Shown here: piece after piece, positions 11,835 to 24,959 of the stretch | How the letters are laid out: the number at the start of each line of letters is the position of its first letter | Position numbering within the stretch: the first letter of the stretch is position 1 | NCBI GenBank assembly: GCA_020891255.1 | Contig: BQFW01000006.1 | Location: 1-64,000, forward strand | Reading direction: 5' to 3' | Source of the DNA: Entomortierella parvispora E1425 | Taxonomy: Eukaryota; Fungi; Mortierellomycota | Length of the DNA: 64,000 nucleotides | Notes under the pieces: generated by a model | Told to the model about the DNA's origin: nothing | What the model saw: only the letters and a program-made list of their open reading frames with translations | Database searches by the model: none | Position numbers and translations under genes: made by a program

Positions 11835-11945
11835 GGCCGCCTTTTCACGTTTGCCATGGAAGGCATTCGCGTACTGTCGACAGCGAACTCATTTTCCAGA
11901 GGATCGCCCCTCAAGAGACAAAACAGTTTATTAACCAGTGGTGCG
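11835..11945 (-). pseudogene. Truncated duplicate of the CRN N-terminus
   Basis: LVNKLFCLLRGDPLENEFAVD versus MVNKLFCLLEGDSMKNGFPVD. CTG replaces ATG and similarity is lost after about 35 codons. Confidence 0.7.
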
Positions 11946-12376
11946 TGAGGCAGGCATGGTCTCTCTATCAGGCATGGTCTCTCTATTTCCCTGCAGAGTG
12001 GGAAATAACGACAGCATGCTGATGCTTCTGATGCCTCTCTCCATCTCCCTCCAACACACATCGGAGACCCACACATCGTCCTCTTGGTCCTCCTTCTTCC
12101 ACGCCATTCTCGTGTCGGCGCTGTTTCCTAGCCCCTACTTCTCATCTCGAGCCTCCATTCCAATTTCCCCCTTGCGGCGCTTGTGGTCTTCATCTCAGAG
12201 ACACGCTCTTTGTTTCGTGGAAAGCCAGCCATCCCTTTCGAAATGCACTCTGCCATTACAATTGGACCTTCAATGTTTCAATCATTGTCAAGAAAATCAA
12301 TAGACTTGCAAGCCTCGAACACATATACCCCTTCCTCTGATGCCTCTCCAATCTTGATGCCAATCAGGGCTCAATC

Positions 12377-12407
<31 letters not shown>

Positions 12408-12474
12408 CCAACGCCCTTGGAGTGAAGACCGAGATGAGCAAACAGACGAGTGTTTCCCGAGAATCTCGACTTCA

Positions 12475-14100
12475 TTGCCCAAGGACCACCATCAGGTAAT
12501 ATCTGCATTTTTCGTTAATACTGCGAAAACTCTTGTACATGCGCTCATGCGTACTACTCTTGCTTCTAGGCGTAATGGTTGGTTATCAGCGCGTCAACGA
12601 ATGGTCCTCCCCGCTTCCCCCCCCCCCCCCCCTATCTACTCAGATGTACCTCTCTTGACGTAGAAGGAAGGGACCCTGGAGTTGGTGGCGGCTGCGTTTG
12701 ATCCGATTCGAGAATACATGGAAGCAGACCCCCTTTTTTTTTTTTTGGAGAACGGATCCAGAATACTTCCGGCTCGGCACCAGCGTCACATACAGGCAAC
12801 ATGTTCTCAGGAGGCTGCTCGTAGGAGGAATCGGGATATCATTATATCAACAAACTTGAAGGGATACTCCATGACAAGGTCATCTCAAAAGACGTTTTCA
12901 ACGGCGCACGTGCATCTACAAGAGATGTCCCTCGCAAATCAGATATCATTGGATTTGGAAGCATGACAAGGACTCGCAGGCTTGAAGTCGTGAGCGTGGG
13001 ACTGATTATGGATGTTTATTTCTATCCTGATTTTGGGAACCATGAAGCTATTGTGCGCCGCTCTTTCCTCAGAACATTTGGGGGATTCGCTTCCATTTAC
13101 GAGGGAGCTACTGCATCTGTGAGCATTCAAGCAGCGGCTGGCAGCACGGAAGTGGTCACCGATCGAGACTTGGTTTCTGCTCAAGAGTTTGGTCAAGCTC
13201 AGTGTCAAATCGCTCTCTAGACAGCCCCACGCAATCCGTCTTTGTCACCTTCAGCATCCCTCACCATCATCGGTGCAGGTAAGTAACCTATGGCATGGGC
13301 TATTCTAAAGACTCATTCTGACTTGTTTGTGTGCCCTACATGCGTTGATGTATAGCTTCTCTATCCGCCGCTTTAATAGCTGGCCAGATGCATCCACGCG
13401 ATCCTGGGGAAGAGCTGGACGAGGCACTACCTAAAACACCCTGCAACAGAGGTGAGTACAGTTTCATACGATGAGGCACTTGACGATCGACGAGAAGGCT
13501 GTGTTGGCTGACAGCGTTATCCCGCAACATAGAGACTACAGAGAACATTAATAGTCCGTCCATGGTCCATTCTGGCCACAGTCTTCCCGACCCTTTTCAG
13601 GATGACAATACTCATAATGCGGATGATGCGGGGCAGTTGTCTGTGGCTGAAGAAGACCAAAACAGTGGACAAGATGTTCTCAACGAGTTTGGCAGTGGGA
13701 TCGGTGGTATCAATAAGTCCGACAGTATCAAGCTCAAGGAGCCGTGGCATACGCTTGCAATGTATCTCACTTGTAAGCATCGATCGCTATCTACGTTGTT
13801 ACTCTTATGTTCTTACTGATATTATGGCACTCAACTGACGTTCGATTATGGCTTTTAGTTTTATGGTCAAAGCATTGTTCTCCCATCTATGGAGAGCCGC
13901 CTGGAAGAGCCAGACCTGGACCGTCGAAAGCTGTATGCACTTGTCCTGGGACGTTTGGTTTCTACGCAGGGCGAGAGGCTGACAGAAAAAAAGTATGACC
14001 AATCAAGATGCCCTTACCTCAGAGGTGCTTTGGTCGGTCTTACAGGAGTTTGAGACCTGATCTCGGCGGAGGAAGATATGGCGGCTCAGGCGAAGACTCG
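12475..14100 (+). pseudogene. Decayed multi-exon gene of unknown family
   Basis: Chain of short protein-like ORF fragments with stops/shifts and GTAAGT donors (e.g. 13279). No family recognised. Confidence 0.3.
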
Positions 14101-15143
14101 TTCAGCAAAGAAGACGTCCAGACGCAACTCAAGTGATGAGAGCATCTTTTCCCTCGCGCCGTTGATTTTACGATGCTGTATCTCTTCTCCATCGGCTCCA
14201 GCACAATCCAGGCTATAATTCAGGATTATACAGCTCGACACTCTCTGTTCTCCCTCAAACTCTCTTCTCCCGCAGGTAAACGTGATGTCAGGTCCATCAA
14301 TCGGCGTTTTCGCTTGTCAGGGTGCATGGGGTCGACGCCCTCTCCACAGGTTACTATCGCAGTTGCACCACCAGTGCAAGGCGACATAACTTGAGGTTCT
14401 ATCCATTCATGCTGCTATGCTGAGCATTGCAGCACTGTGCAGGTCTTGTTATTGCAAGAGACTGTTGGCGCAGCAGACTTCCCATGGAGCCATGGAGACT
14501 CTTGCACTCCCGTAGCTGGGCCTCCAAGAGCCATGTAGTTGTCCCCACCAAACTGGCGCTACTCTGCATTTCTGATGTAGGGCATCGCTCGTACGAGTTT
14601 CTTACACGCGCGTTGACATGTGCTGTCAACACCGCGCAGGTCTCGTTGTCGCGAGAGACTGTTCGCGCGGCTGCCTCTCATGAAGCTCTGGTTAATTCTT
14701 GCACGTCCGTAGCGGGGCCTCCAAGAGTCGGGTTCCACCCATTTTTGTTATTCTTTTTTTTTTCTTTCAATTATATCTTTGTATGATGCAGTTAATTGCC
14801 TGTGCCTGTGAATGACAACACTTTTTCTGAAAAATAGATCAGGTTCGACATCCTCCACAGTGTGTTCTAAGGCCGCGGACAAAGATGTCTTAGAAGAATA
14901 CCAAGGAAAGCGCGTGTTGAACGTCATGGAAAGAACAGGGGGAGTGAAGTACTTCTTGGAAAAGGATCTCGGAAACTAGTGACGAACGAGCATGAAAGAC
15001 CACAGAGGGGACTGGGCCTGGCCTTGCTGTAGCAAGCCAGAAGCTTCCGCTCTTTGGTCGCGGTGTTACGAAACCAGGGTGCATGAGCCGTCATAGACAG
15101 GTGCAAAAGCATTTTATTCAGTCAGTTTCCCTTGGGTGGAGCA

Positions 15144-18000
15144 TTTTTTTTTTTTTTTTTGCAACATTTTATTTGCGATGTCGAGCCAAAGAAGTGAAGT
15201 GAGAGTCCAAACTATCTTCAACCAGAGCAAAGCCGCGTGGTCCAGAAGAACTAAGACTCCGGAACCCCGCGCAACAAATGCCACGGCTCGTCTCCGTGTA
15301 ATAAAGAAGAGTAACATGTTACAAAAAATGGATCTTCCCATCTTTTCTAATGTCGATAAGTGAACCTGGCCACGCACACAAGCCAGTAAGCGCTGGTCAG
15401 CCAACGTGGGATTATCTTGGGCTCCAGGGCAGAGGCCTTGGTGGTGGTCGGTGTTAGGCTTTCCGCATTGGCAAGTGTCCAGTGGTAAGATCGTACCAGA
15501 GGCATTGTTCCACGGTTGCCCAGTCTGGGCTTGCTTCTTCATCTTGGGGCGGATACCTTGTGTCTTCTCCCAAGCAATGGTCACTTCGCAGCGCGTCTTC
15601 CAGAGTCGAGCTAGGGCATCCCTGTCCAGACGACGAATAAACTGATGAGCAACTGCGGCCACGACAGAGCGAGGGCCTTTAATAATTGACCTCCAGGCCT
15701 CGATCAGAGCCGAATGGAGCAGTCCTTGGTAAGCAGTGACGACAGAATAAGCCGATGCCAACGGAGCTTTGAACTGTCCCTGCTCAGGGGTTGGAAGGCG
15801 GACAAGTCATGAAAAGCAGAGTAAGGTGATGCCCACAAGAGCGTGTCCGATGGTTGGTACCATTGGAGTCGTTTCGCGGCTGCAACGTTGGGTGTACGGG
15901 CTTGTTCTTGCGGTGTCTTGTGTCAGCATCCTCATTGGTTTTCCTGACGGCGGCCCTGCCCCACTTTGGTATTGAAGCCACCGCATCCTCCCATATTAGT
16001 TGTTGTTGACTGTACGAGTTTGGACAAGTCCACACATGGTCGTCGTCCTCCGGGGCTGCATGACACAGGCAGCAGAGTGCGTCTGCGTAAATATCTGGGT
16101 GTCGCGCCTGCATGACTGTGAGTGTCGGAAGTATGCCATGCAGTTTTTTGATGTGCTGTGTGCGTCGTGACGTGTCCCCTCGGCTGCTGAAGAAAGTATG
16201 GACTGGCCGTTTGTCATGGATGATCGAAAGACCAGATCGCCACTCCACATCGCTCAAGTCACTAATAGATCGCTTGACACGTTTCTGCGCTGTCCACGTT
16301 TGATGTCGACGGATGGTAGTCTGCTGCTTAAGAAATTGCCGCAAATATAACTCCAGTTGTTGACCGTGGCACGAAGCTGTGAAGGTAATGTCGTTTTGAG
16401 TGCTGAAGTCCGTATGCCATAGTGTCGTGTCCTGCTCAACAGCGTTGGTAGCGATTGCGTCAGCCATGACGTTACCCTTGTCACACTGTTTCCTCGAATC
16501 CATTGCACCGCTGTCCGGCCCTCCCGTTCTGCCACCACTGTCGCCAAAACTGCCCAGAGGCATGCATGTGACGCCCGTTGTCGCTTTCGTGGAAGTGTTT
16601 TGTGCCGGTTCAGGACTAGGTCGTTATATAGAGTGACGACGCCTTCATTATCGAGGCGGACCAAAATGTCTTGCCTTGGAGGCGTGGCCACGATCGCGGC
16701 AATAAGTCCCATAAGCTCGGCTTTGCCAGAAGAGGCTTGTCCATCTGCGCGGCCAGGGATAGAGTTAGAGGTGTCTGTGGAGAAGTCAGCCACTCCAAAG
16801 GCCATAGCGCACCCTTCAGAACCTGCTCGGACCATCGAGCCGTCCGAGTATAGGACTCGCTGATCTTGTGTGATTGGTGATTGGCGAAGCTGGTGTAAGA
16901 GTTCGGCTTGGGCTCTGGGCATCCACAGCGGGCCTACTTTGACATTGTGGTTTGGCTGTGGGAGAGGTAAAGTAGGAGGTGAAATGTGAAGAGTATGAAC
17001 AGCACTTTGATCGATGGTGACCGTAAGTGGGTGTTGGTGTAGTCCAATACGGTCTCTGTTGGTGATCACATCCTGGTCCCGCTCCTCAGTAGCCTAGGAA
17101 ATGTACTCGACTCTGATAAGCTGCCTTTCTTCTGCCGCCTTCAGGTGTTGCTGATGTTTGTTGTCTGCGTAGTCGTGTGCGTCCTCGATTTTGTGAGCAA
17201 GAGTATCTGCAATGCGTCCGAGCTGGATCTGAGCGCAAGCCTGCAAACCTCGGAGCCCCCGTTGGGCAATACTCTCGGCCGCTTTGGTGGCCTCGGCTAA
17301 CCTTTGCGGGTTCTTGGCTAGTTGACGGCGGTAACGGGCAGCATGGACCTGAAGCTCCTGACGCCTCTTGTCCACTGCAGACTGCAACTCTTATAGATCT
17401 TGGTCCGGGCAGGAATAGTGTCCACGTCGGCTGCATTAAGCCGTGAGGTCAGCTCATCGTCAAGCCAGCGTGATTCAGCTCGCAACAAGGCGTCTGCCTC
17501 CGGTGGCAGTCGCGCCAAGTACGTCGGAGGTGAGGTGTCAACGACAAAGTTGTTGTTGGCATCTATACTAGCGGAGACTGAACGCGAGACATTGGTTAAG
17601 CCGACAGTAGTTGCGGTGTCAGGGAAGAGACGGCGGATGGTAGGGGCTGCAACAAAGTAAGGTGAAATAGAAGAAAACTGAGAAGACAAAGACTGCGAAG
17701 ATAACGGTGCCGATAAGGAGGGAGAAGAAGGTGATGGTGAAAGGATAGGTGATGATGGAACGATAACTGGGAGGGGTGAAGGGGGTGAAAAGGAAGGGTC
17801 GCTTACTCCCCAAGACAATGACTAAAGAAGAAGAGAAGAAGGTGACGATGAAGAAGAAGAAGGAAGGGGGTATGGTCCCTTTTTTCTTTTTTGGCTCTTT
17901 TTTTGTTGTCTGTGCGTCCACTCTTTCTGCGCGACCGTTCTTTCCATCAACTGCTGCATCGCTCTTCCATCTTGCCTCCACCCATACCATGTGCGTGCCT
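15144..18000 (-). mobile_element. Non-LTR (LINE-like) retroelement remnant: ORF1-like piece joined to RNase H/zinc-finger 3' part with poly(A) tail
   Basis: The minus strand has AATAAA then 17 A (15160-15144). RNase H motifs YSDGS, KAELMG, VRLDN and NVMADAIA are present, as is CCLC...EDDDHVWTC. There are frameshifts and no RT or endonuclease motifs. Confidence 0.75.
15160..17069 (-). pseudogene. Frameshifted RNase H plus C-terminal zinc-finger portion of LINE ORF2
   Basis: ORFs 17069-16254, 16563-15784 and 15761-15114 join by two frameshifts. Confidence 0.7.
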
Positions 18001-18175
18001 TCCTCAGACCCCGGATCAATCTACTCTGAATAGACTACCCTTCGCTCCTCTCCAGACCTCTTGTCCTTCATTCATTGCAAAATGCGCGCACTGCGCTTGC
18101 ACCCAGTCAAACGTTCCTTCTGTGGCCCTTTCTGGCGAGAAGAGATGGCCTCTGGATTCATGTGCCGCTATCCTC

Positions 18176-18575
18176 ACGGCTTAGACTTGCTGGACTATTA
18201 AGTGATCCTTTTGTTTACATTTGCTCTCAGGTTAGAATTCGGCTTCGGCCTCGCTTTTCTGAAGATATAAAAACAAGGTGTTTTTTTTTCCTTCTCATCG
18301 ATATGAGATATGGTGCATTGGAGAGCTCTCTTCACAAGTATTCTAATTAGCTAAAAACATCGTCAATCCATAAGGTGGATCTTGAGCAATTGCATTTTTT
18401 ATTCTCGTTTTTTGTGAAAATCAAACGCTTGCTTCTTGATATCTACGTTGACAACCAAGATGATTTTTATATGGTAAGGTGCCAGGTGCCAGTTCATCAG
18501 AGGTCTATATTCAAGAAGAAAAATGGGAGAGTGACAAGGTGGTTGATGCGCAATTGCTGTTCTTAGATTTCGGGG
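18176..18575 (+). repeat. Dispersed repeat family A, copy 2
   Basis: Aligns by eye to 4040-4460. Confidence 0.75.
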
Positions 18576-18589
18576 GGTTTTTTTGCGCC

Positions 18590-19780
18590 AGCAGCTGCCA
18601 AGTGCTCCTCCTCCTCTTCCTTCTCCTCCCTGTTGGGTGGACACGTGCGCCGCATTGTGGGAATGCAGAAAGGGTTGTCTCAAGCAGTCGAGATCATGAG
18701 CAGAGTATTTGTCAACGCAACAGTTTTTGGCCCCGAATGCATCACACGCCGTCTTGCTGGGTGAGCTGATTCTGAGTTAAGCAGCGGTACCATAATCATC
18801 AAAGGGAGGGATGGAGGTACGTTTAGGTGTTCGGTAGCAGCGATCCAGTAGAGGGAACCTGCAGAAGGTGGATGAGTGCTGGGGCCATGTCTGCCTTTCC
18901 ACCTTGCCCTTTCGCGGCCAGAAGACTGTTCCACCAAATGTGCCAGCATTGCTCCACCAAGGTGAGTTGAGCTTTTGACTACCAGGATCGTTTTTGGTGT
19001 GATTCGTCTTTACTCCAAAAAAAATCTGTCAAGCCGAGCCGCTGCATGTCGTTGCATGTCGTTGCCTCTCGACTTCATCCCAGTCCCTCCGTTCAAGCTG
19101 ATTCTAAAAACCACTTGTGGATGTGATCGTGGTCCTTAGGCGTGGGGTCGACTTTGTTACCGCTGTTCCAGTCGTCTCCCATGGTTGCTGGCTGCATCCC
19201 ATCCAGGAAGCCCATTGCATGCCGTGGCACTTCAATTCCATTCTGGAACCCTGCGTCAAGTTGAACTGCTCGATCCCCTCCAATTCGTTCTAGGACTAGG
19301 GAGGGAGTCTCTTGCAACTCGCCCTCCTGTGGGTCTTGAGTCCAGGAGGCGAGTGGTGGCCCTATTGCTACCTGCGTCCTATTCCGCCAAGCTCTTTTGC
19401 ATGTCGCTTCCTGTCAACTTCTTGTTCCTGGGGCTGGCCCACTGTTAATTGGGCCTGTTGCAGGCGTGTGATGTATCCGAGATGAACCCACGGATAAAAG
19501 TCGAATGGTAAAAGTCGATGCCAGTCGACATATTATTATTGAATGCGAGGCCGATTCCGGATGCCCATTCCGGATGCCCATTCCGGATCGAATCTCAAAT
19601 CTCGAATATTTGAGGACAGCTGCTGCAGTGGACTCAAGCTACACGGCGTGAAAACCATATTTTTTACATGCGCTAGAACCAATCTGTAGAAAAGACCACT
19701 GTGGGGAACCCTGGATGCACGGTGTGAAAGCCAAATTTTTACATGCGCTAGAACCGATCTCTGTGTTCCTGATGGCATCA
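18590..19780. repeat. About 1.2-kb dispersed repeat family B, copy 1
   Basis: Colinear with 27030-28330, from GCTGCCAAGTGCTCCTCCTC to GTTCCTGATGGCATCA. Confidence 0.85.
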
Positions 19781-21054
19781 GGTAGCTGCACTCATCAGTT
19801 CTTCGACAATATCTTCAAGTTGCATGGCCTCCCCACTTCCATCATCTCGGATCGCGACATACGATTCACCAGCCGCTTCTGGCGGGAGTTGCACAGCCCA
19901 CCACCCACAGACAGACGGACAGACAGAGGCTACGAACAAGACGCTGAAGACTATGTTACGAGCCTTCGTTGACAACAAGCAGTCGAACTGGGACCAGCTA
20001 CTTCCCTCGCTAGAGTTTGCTTACAACAACGCTGTCAACGCTTCTACTGGCTACTCTCCATTCTTCCTCAACACTGGTCAACATCCTCGTCTTCCAACAG
20101 CGCTTCTCAGTGTGCCGAGCAGCTCAGTCCCCACCGTCGACAGCTTTCTCACAGAGCAGGCGACAACACTCATCCTGGCCCAAGATGCACTACAGCGCGC
20201 TCAGGATCACCAGGAAGAGCAGGCGAATAAGCGACGGCGTGACCGCAAATTCAAAGTTGGTGATAAGGTCTTGCTAAGCGCTGCCAACATCACGATCCCC
20301 GCTGATAGCACTAGACCAGCCGACAAACTACGACCACAGTACCTTGGGCCATTCACACTATTGGGGCAACACTCGCCAGACACTTTTCGCGTTGAGTTAC
20401 CCTTTTACAAGATCCACGACGCCTTTCATGTTGACACGCTCCGACCTTATCGGTCGTCTCCAGAATCTCTCGGGCCTCGAACAGTAGCACCACCGGACCC
20501 GACCATAATTGACGGCGAAGAGGAGTACGAAGCCGAGGAAATTTTGAATTACCGTCGATTCCGCAGACAACATCAGTTCTTGGTCTCATGGAAAGGCTAT
20601 GGCAGAGAGGCCGACGAATGGGTCCCACTGGGCAACTTAGACAATTGTGCCGACGTGGTTCAAGCTTTTAAACGGAAACGTGGACTCATTTTTTAGAAGG
20701 GGAAGGTGTAACAGTATGAACAATACGGTGACAACACGCGCTCCTCACCTATATAAGTTAGTATTATCTAGCACTTGAATAAACAGCACTTCTTGCCTCC
20801 ACTCTGTTCCCAGCACTCCTATTGCAGGACATCATGATTCCTATTTTTGCAATGCGACCAACATTTTCCCTCGCCTCCATTTCTTTCACAATTTTTCTCA
20901 CTTCAACCTCTTTTTCAACAACTTCTCTGACCTCAACCTCTTTTCCGACAGTTTCTTTCCTCCGACACTTCCGATTTTCAACACTTGTTTCTTCAACTCG
21001 ACCCCCAAGAATTATTGGCGAGTCGACTTGAAGTGGGGTTCCCCTTCTCATACA
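19780..21054 (+). mobile_element. 5'-truncated Ty3/Gypsy chromovirus remnant: integrase C-half, chromodomain, PPT and 3' LTR
   Basis: [12 protein letters not shown] (with an internal deletion), [14 protein letters not shown]...TGYSPF and chromodomain YEAEEIL...FLVSWKGY...EWVP. PPT AGAAGGGGAAGG at 20695-20706, then TGTAACAG... from 20707 to ...CATACA at about 21054. Confidence 0.85.
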
Positions 21055-21181
21055 ATGTAAATGAGCCGTCGGGCAAGTCCTCGGCGAAAAGAGACATAGT
21101 CAATATTTATGGCGTTTCCATATAAGTTATAATAAATTATAAATGACTATCCTTGATTCGAATAGAAGCGCGAAGCGCTAT

Positions 21182-21899
21182 TTACCACATCTTCTTGAAG
21201 CGTCTCATGAAGTTTGAGGGGATGAGTGAAAACCACTGACGCGAGGCATTCGTGACCTGCTCCTCCAAGGTAATTGGGTTACCCTGACCCTGGGTCGCAA
21301 AGACCAGACGGGATCCATCGGGCTGAATCTGAGCGATTCTCAGACCCCAGCCCTCCTCCTTGTAAAGGTTCAATGGCGAAGCGGCATGGTAATCGGGAGT
21401 TATAGAGACGACATCTCCTTGAACCTGGAGATAACCTTGAATGGGGGACTCGATGCGGAAACGATACTCAACGTTCTGGTAGATGCAGTTTGTGGGGTAG
21501 GGTGGGTTGCACGGTGCATCGGTCGAGACAATGCACATCTCCAGCTGCTCGAAATTCTTGTTGCCATTAACGCCTCCGACTAGGAGGTCGTCATCCAGGT
21601 AACGAGAGACGATAGTGTTCAAGTTTGAGCTCAGGAGGAGGAAGGACTGGTACTCCAAGATTGTGGTCTCGGGAATGCACTCGTTGGGCCCGTTGTCTAT
21701 AGTTTAGAACCAGAGAAGGGGGAGTTAATAAATGTTATTGGAAAATAATGCTATGGAAGGGAACGCTTGTATTTTTCTCGACTGGGAGAATTTTGAGCAA
21801 CTCACAGAAGTGGTTGCGCTGCATCAAGGTCTGCGAGCAGGGAACGGCAGAGACAACCGTGGCAACCAAAGCGGCAAGCGAGAGTGAGATTTTAACCAT
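21182..21899 (-). CDS. Secreted protein of about 202 aa, possibly beta-trefoil/ricin-B-like
   Basis: Exon 1 is 21899-21806 (MVKISLSLAALVATVVSAVPC signal peptide). A GT-AG intron spans 21805-21697. Exon 2 (21696-21182) is in frame and has C-terminal RQWF. Confidence 0.7.
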
Positions 21900-24140
21900 G
21901 TTGGAAAAGAAGTGAGAGGCCTGGAAGAGAGTGAAGAGGAGTTTTGCTAAGTGGTTCTGAAGGATGTGAGAGAAGATCTTGAGGAGGAAGGTGCGATGTG
22001 GGATGGCAAGCTGCTTTTAAACACAATGGGCAGGACTTTCCAGACGACATCCTGCAGGCGAAGAGTTCGTGGCGTGTGAATTTTTTTTTGTCGTTGTAGT
22101 TGAGTAAGCTGCATTTGGCCATGGAGGAACACCACCTCTAGAATCTGGTTGATTATTATGTGTAGAAGTGGTAAATGTAGAGCTCCTCTCATATGACGAT
22201 ATCGAGGGAACATGAGCACAGAGCACGAATCGACCACGATTTGTGTTGTCTATCTGTTTGTAGTGTTTTCCTGGCTTATGCACTCTTAGCATAGAAGCCT
22301 TGGCGTTTTCTCTGTTGTCGGAGTTTGTGAGTATGTATTGTTGGAAGTATGTGGTTTAGACCCCTGTACATCTTTTTTCTTGATGGTGGGGTCTGTGGGC
22401 GCTATGAATTGCCTTAATTAAAAGAATCTAGGGGTTCTCAAATGTCGAACGCGAATTTTCCAAGTTGACGCGTATGAACATGTTCATGCGCTGTGCCCAT
22501 TTCTCACCCCTCTTCATGCGTTACACACACTTCTCACCCCTATTCATGCGCTATGCCCATTTCTCCCATCCACTGGTCATGCGAAGAATGCTGAACGTGT
22601 TCTCAACTTATAGGAAGACAAAGTGACTTTGTTCTTACCGTGCCCTTGAAATTTTCTTCAGTTCTCCAATCATTCTGATGCATCGTTGCACTGCAAATAG
22701 CCTCCCTATGGGGCAATAGAAGTATTCGCGCACCCCTCGTAAAATCAAGAGCGCACGACCCTGAGTAAATTCACCGTTAAATAAAAGAAGATTTCTGTAA
22801 TAGGCACAGAGGGGGAATATAAGGAGGAGACCGAGGAGAAGACAAGGGAAGGGAGAAGCAGAGTTAGAGAAGTGAATGATCTTTAATGAGTTGGAGGGAG
22901 GGGGTATATATATGTGTCTATCTGGCTATGGTAACTATGTTGGGATTGGTTGGAGTGTTGGAGTAGGAGGGGCTGGAGTGGAGTGGAGCGACAGGATCAC
23001 AGAAGCTACCATCACTTGCATTGTCGTTGTCTGGACTCTCCTCGGGGTCACGTCCACCACTCGTCTTGTTTGATGTCGAATAAGCTCCGGCAGCAGTTTG
23101 TTTTAATGACAAGGCCCTCCTTGGCCAGCTCGACGTAGCGTCGTCCTCTGTGGTAAGAACTGGGCATGTTGTCCAAGAAGTAAAGTAAATGGGTAGAGAA
23201 CACTTCCAAGTAGATCAGTAACGATATTACAGAATACAACACGCTATCTCCAGCAAACGTTCATCCCAGTAACTGTTGAGGTTCAGATTCAAGAAAGATC
23301 AGTACCGCTTCTTCTAGTTTGCCTGCAAGACTGCCTGATTTGCGTTGACTTGATCAGGTTCTCGTACAACTGCCGTGAAAACGCCTGGTTTTTGAGGTTG
23401 AAGGATTCAACGAACGTGGTATACGAAACGAACTGGGCTATTGCTATATAGTCTATGTAGGTCTATCTAATCATCATTGTTCTAGCCATCCGAATGTCTG
23501 GATCGACTTGCTTTCTTTGTTATATGGAGGAGAGAGGGTCGTAGCTGAGGTGAAGCTCGAAGAAAAGTTTGTTAGATGAACATGGGAGGATGGCAGTTCT
23601 CCAGACTGATATGACACGCACTTTCAGGCACCGGGCGTGTTGCATGGCCAGCCTGGCATGTTCCAGCTGACACGCCCAGTCAGCCCCTCTCTCCTCTCTA
23701 CAAGACAAGAAGAAGGGGAAAAAAGGGACAGAAACGTGCCTGCCAGGTGGGACTGACCGATCGATCGTTGTCTTTGCATCCGTCGCTCTGTGACCATGTC
23801 TTTTTTCTTCCTCCGTTCCTTCCTTCCGTCCTTTTTGCCTTCAACTCATTTGCCATCATCACAGGACAGTGCCCTCGTGCTCGTCATGACCTCATGTCAT
23901 TCTGCTACTAAAGGGAGCCATGCACTGCGCCTAACGTCATGAATCCAAGGCCTCGCCACTTTGCAGAGTCAATCACGTTGGACAACAGCTCCTGGATCCA
24001 TGTGTCATGGAGAACATGGCATCTGCTTGTGGAGAAGGTAATCGGGAGGTAAGGTCAGTGCTGATTGGCAAAAGTCGCACCATCATCACTTTGCATGGCT
24101 GCTCTCTTGTTGTTCTTCAGGCAAGCCCCCCTTTTCTATG

Positions 24141-24365
24141 TATTCTATTTAGCTAAAAACATCGTCAATCCATAAGGTAGATCTTGAGCAATTTTGCATT
24201 TTTTAGTCTGGTTTTTTACGAAAATCGAACGCTTATTCCTTGATATCTACGTTGACGACCAAGGTAATTCTCATATGGGGAGGTGCCTATTTATATTCAT
24301 GAACAAAAACTGGCGAGTGACAAGGTGGTTGATGTGTAATTTCTGTTCTTAGATTTCGTTTTTTT
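24141..24365 (+). repeat. Dispersed repeat family A, partial copy 3
   Basis: Aligns to 4220-4460; the following 24635-24990 also matches 4525-4900. Confidence 0.7.
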
Positions 24366-24959
24366 TTTGTAAAAAGAAATTCTCTCTTAAGTTGGAGGAG
24401 TGAAGTGGTGACAGGAGCCGAGAGCTAGCCACTTACGATACTTCGTAGCTGGATTTGACAAAGAAAAGCGACACGAGAACGGAAAAGAGCAAAGTCTGCA
24501 GTTTGGGTGAGAGGACGACTGTTGTGTGCTTGAAAGGACTTGAAAGGACAATCCACTAGCAACAGGAGACCGAGTGTGAACCGTACACATGCTTGCTCTC
24601 TCTTGACTTCAGCGAGGAACTTGCAGCTCTCTCAAACAGTTTTTACTCTCCTCGTCGTGCATGTAGAATATCAGCTTGCGCAGTTGTCATTTGTACAATC
24701 TAGACAAAAGTAGGAACAAGATGGCGGAGACAAGGGCGCAAAACACACGAGACTGCGGTGACTTTGCCCTGGAACGGTCTCGTTCCTCGCTACTGCATGC
24801 TCTGCCTGAGGGCCAGAGAAATCTAGCAGTTGATGGTAGAGATGACTTACCTGAGAAGTGCGCGCCTGAATGAATCTCCTTATGTTTCCTGCATGCATCT
24901 TGTTTGTCGCATGTCCACTCTGGTTCATGGCGAGATTGAATGAGCTTTCTCCGTATGAT

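Noticed and set aside
22900-23520. Minus-strand protein-like fragments
   Set aside because: Multiple stops and no recognisable family; at most an old relic.
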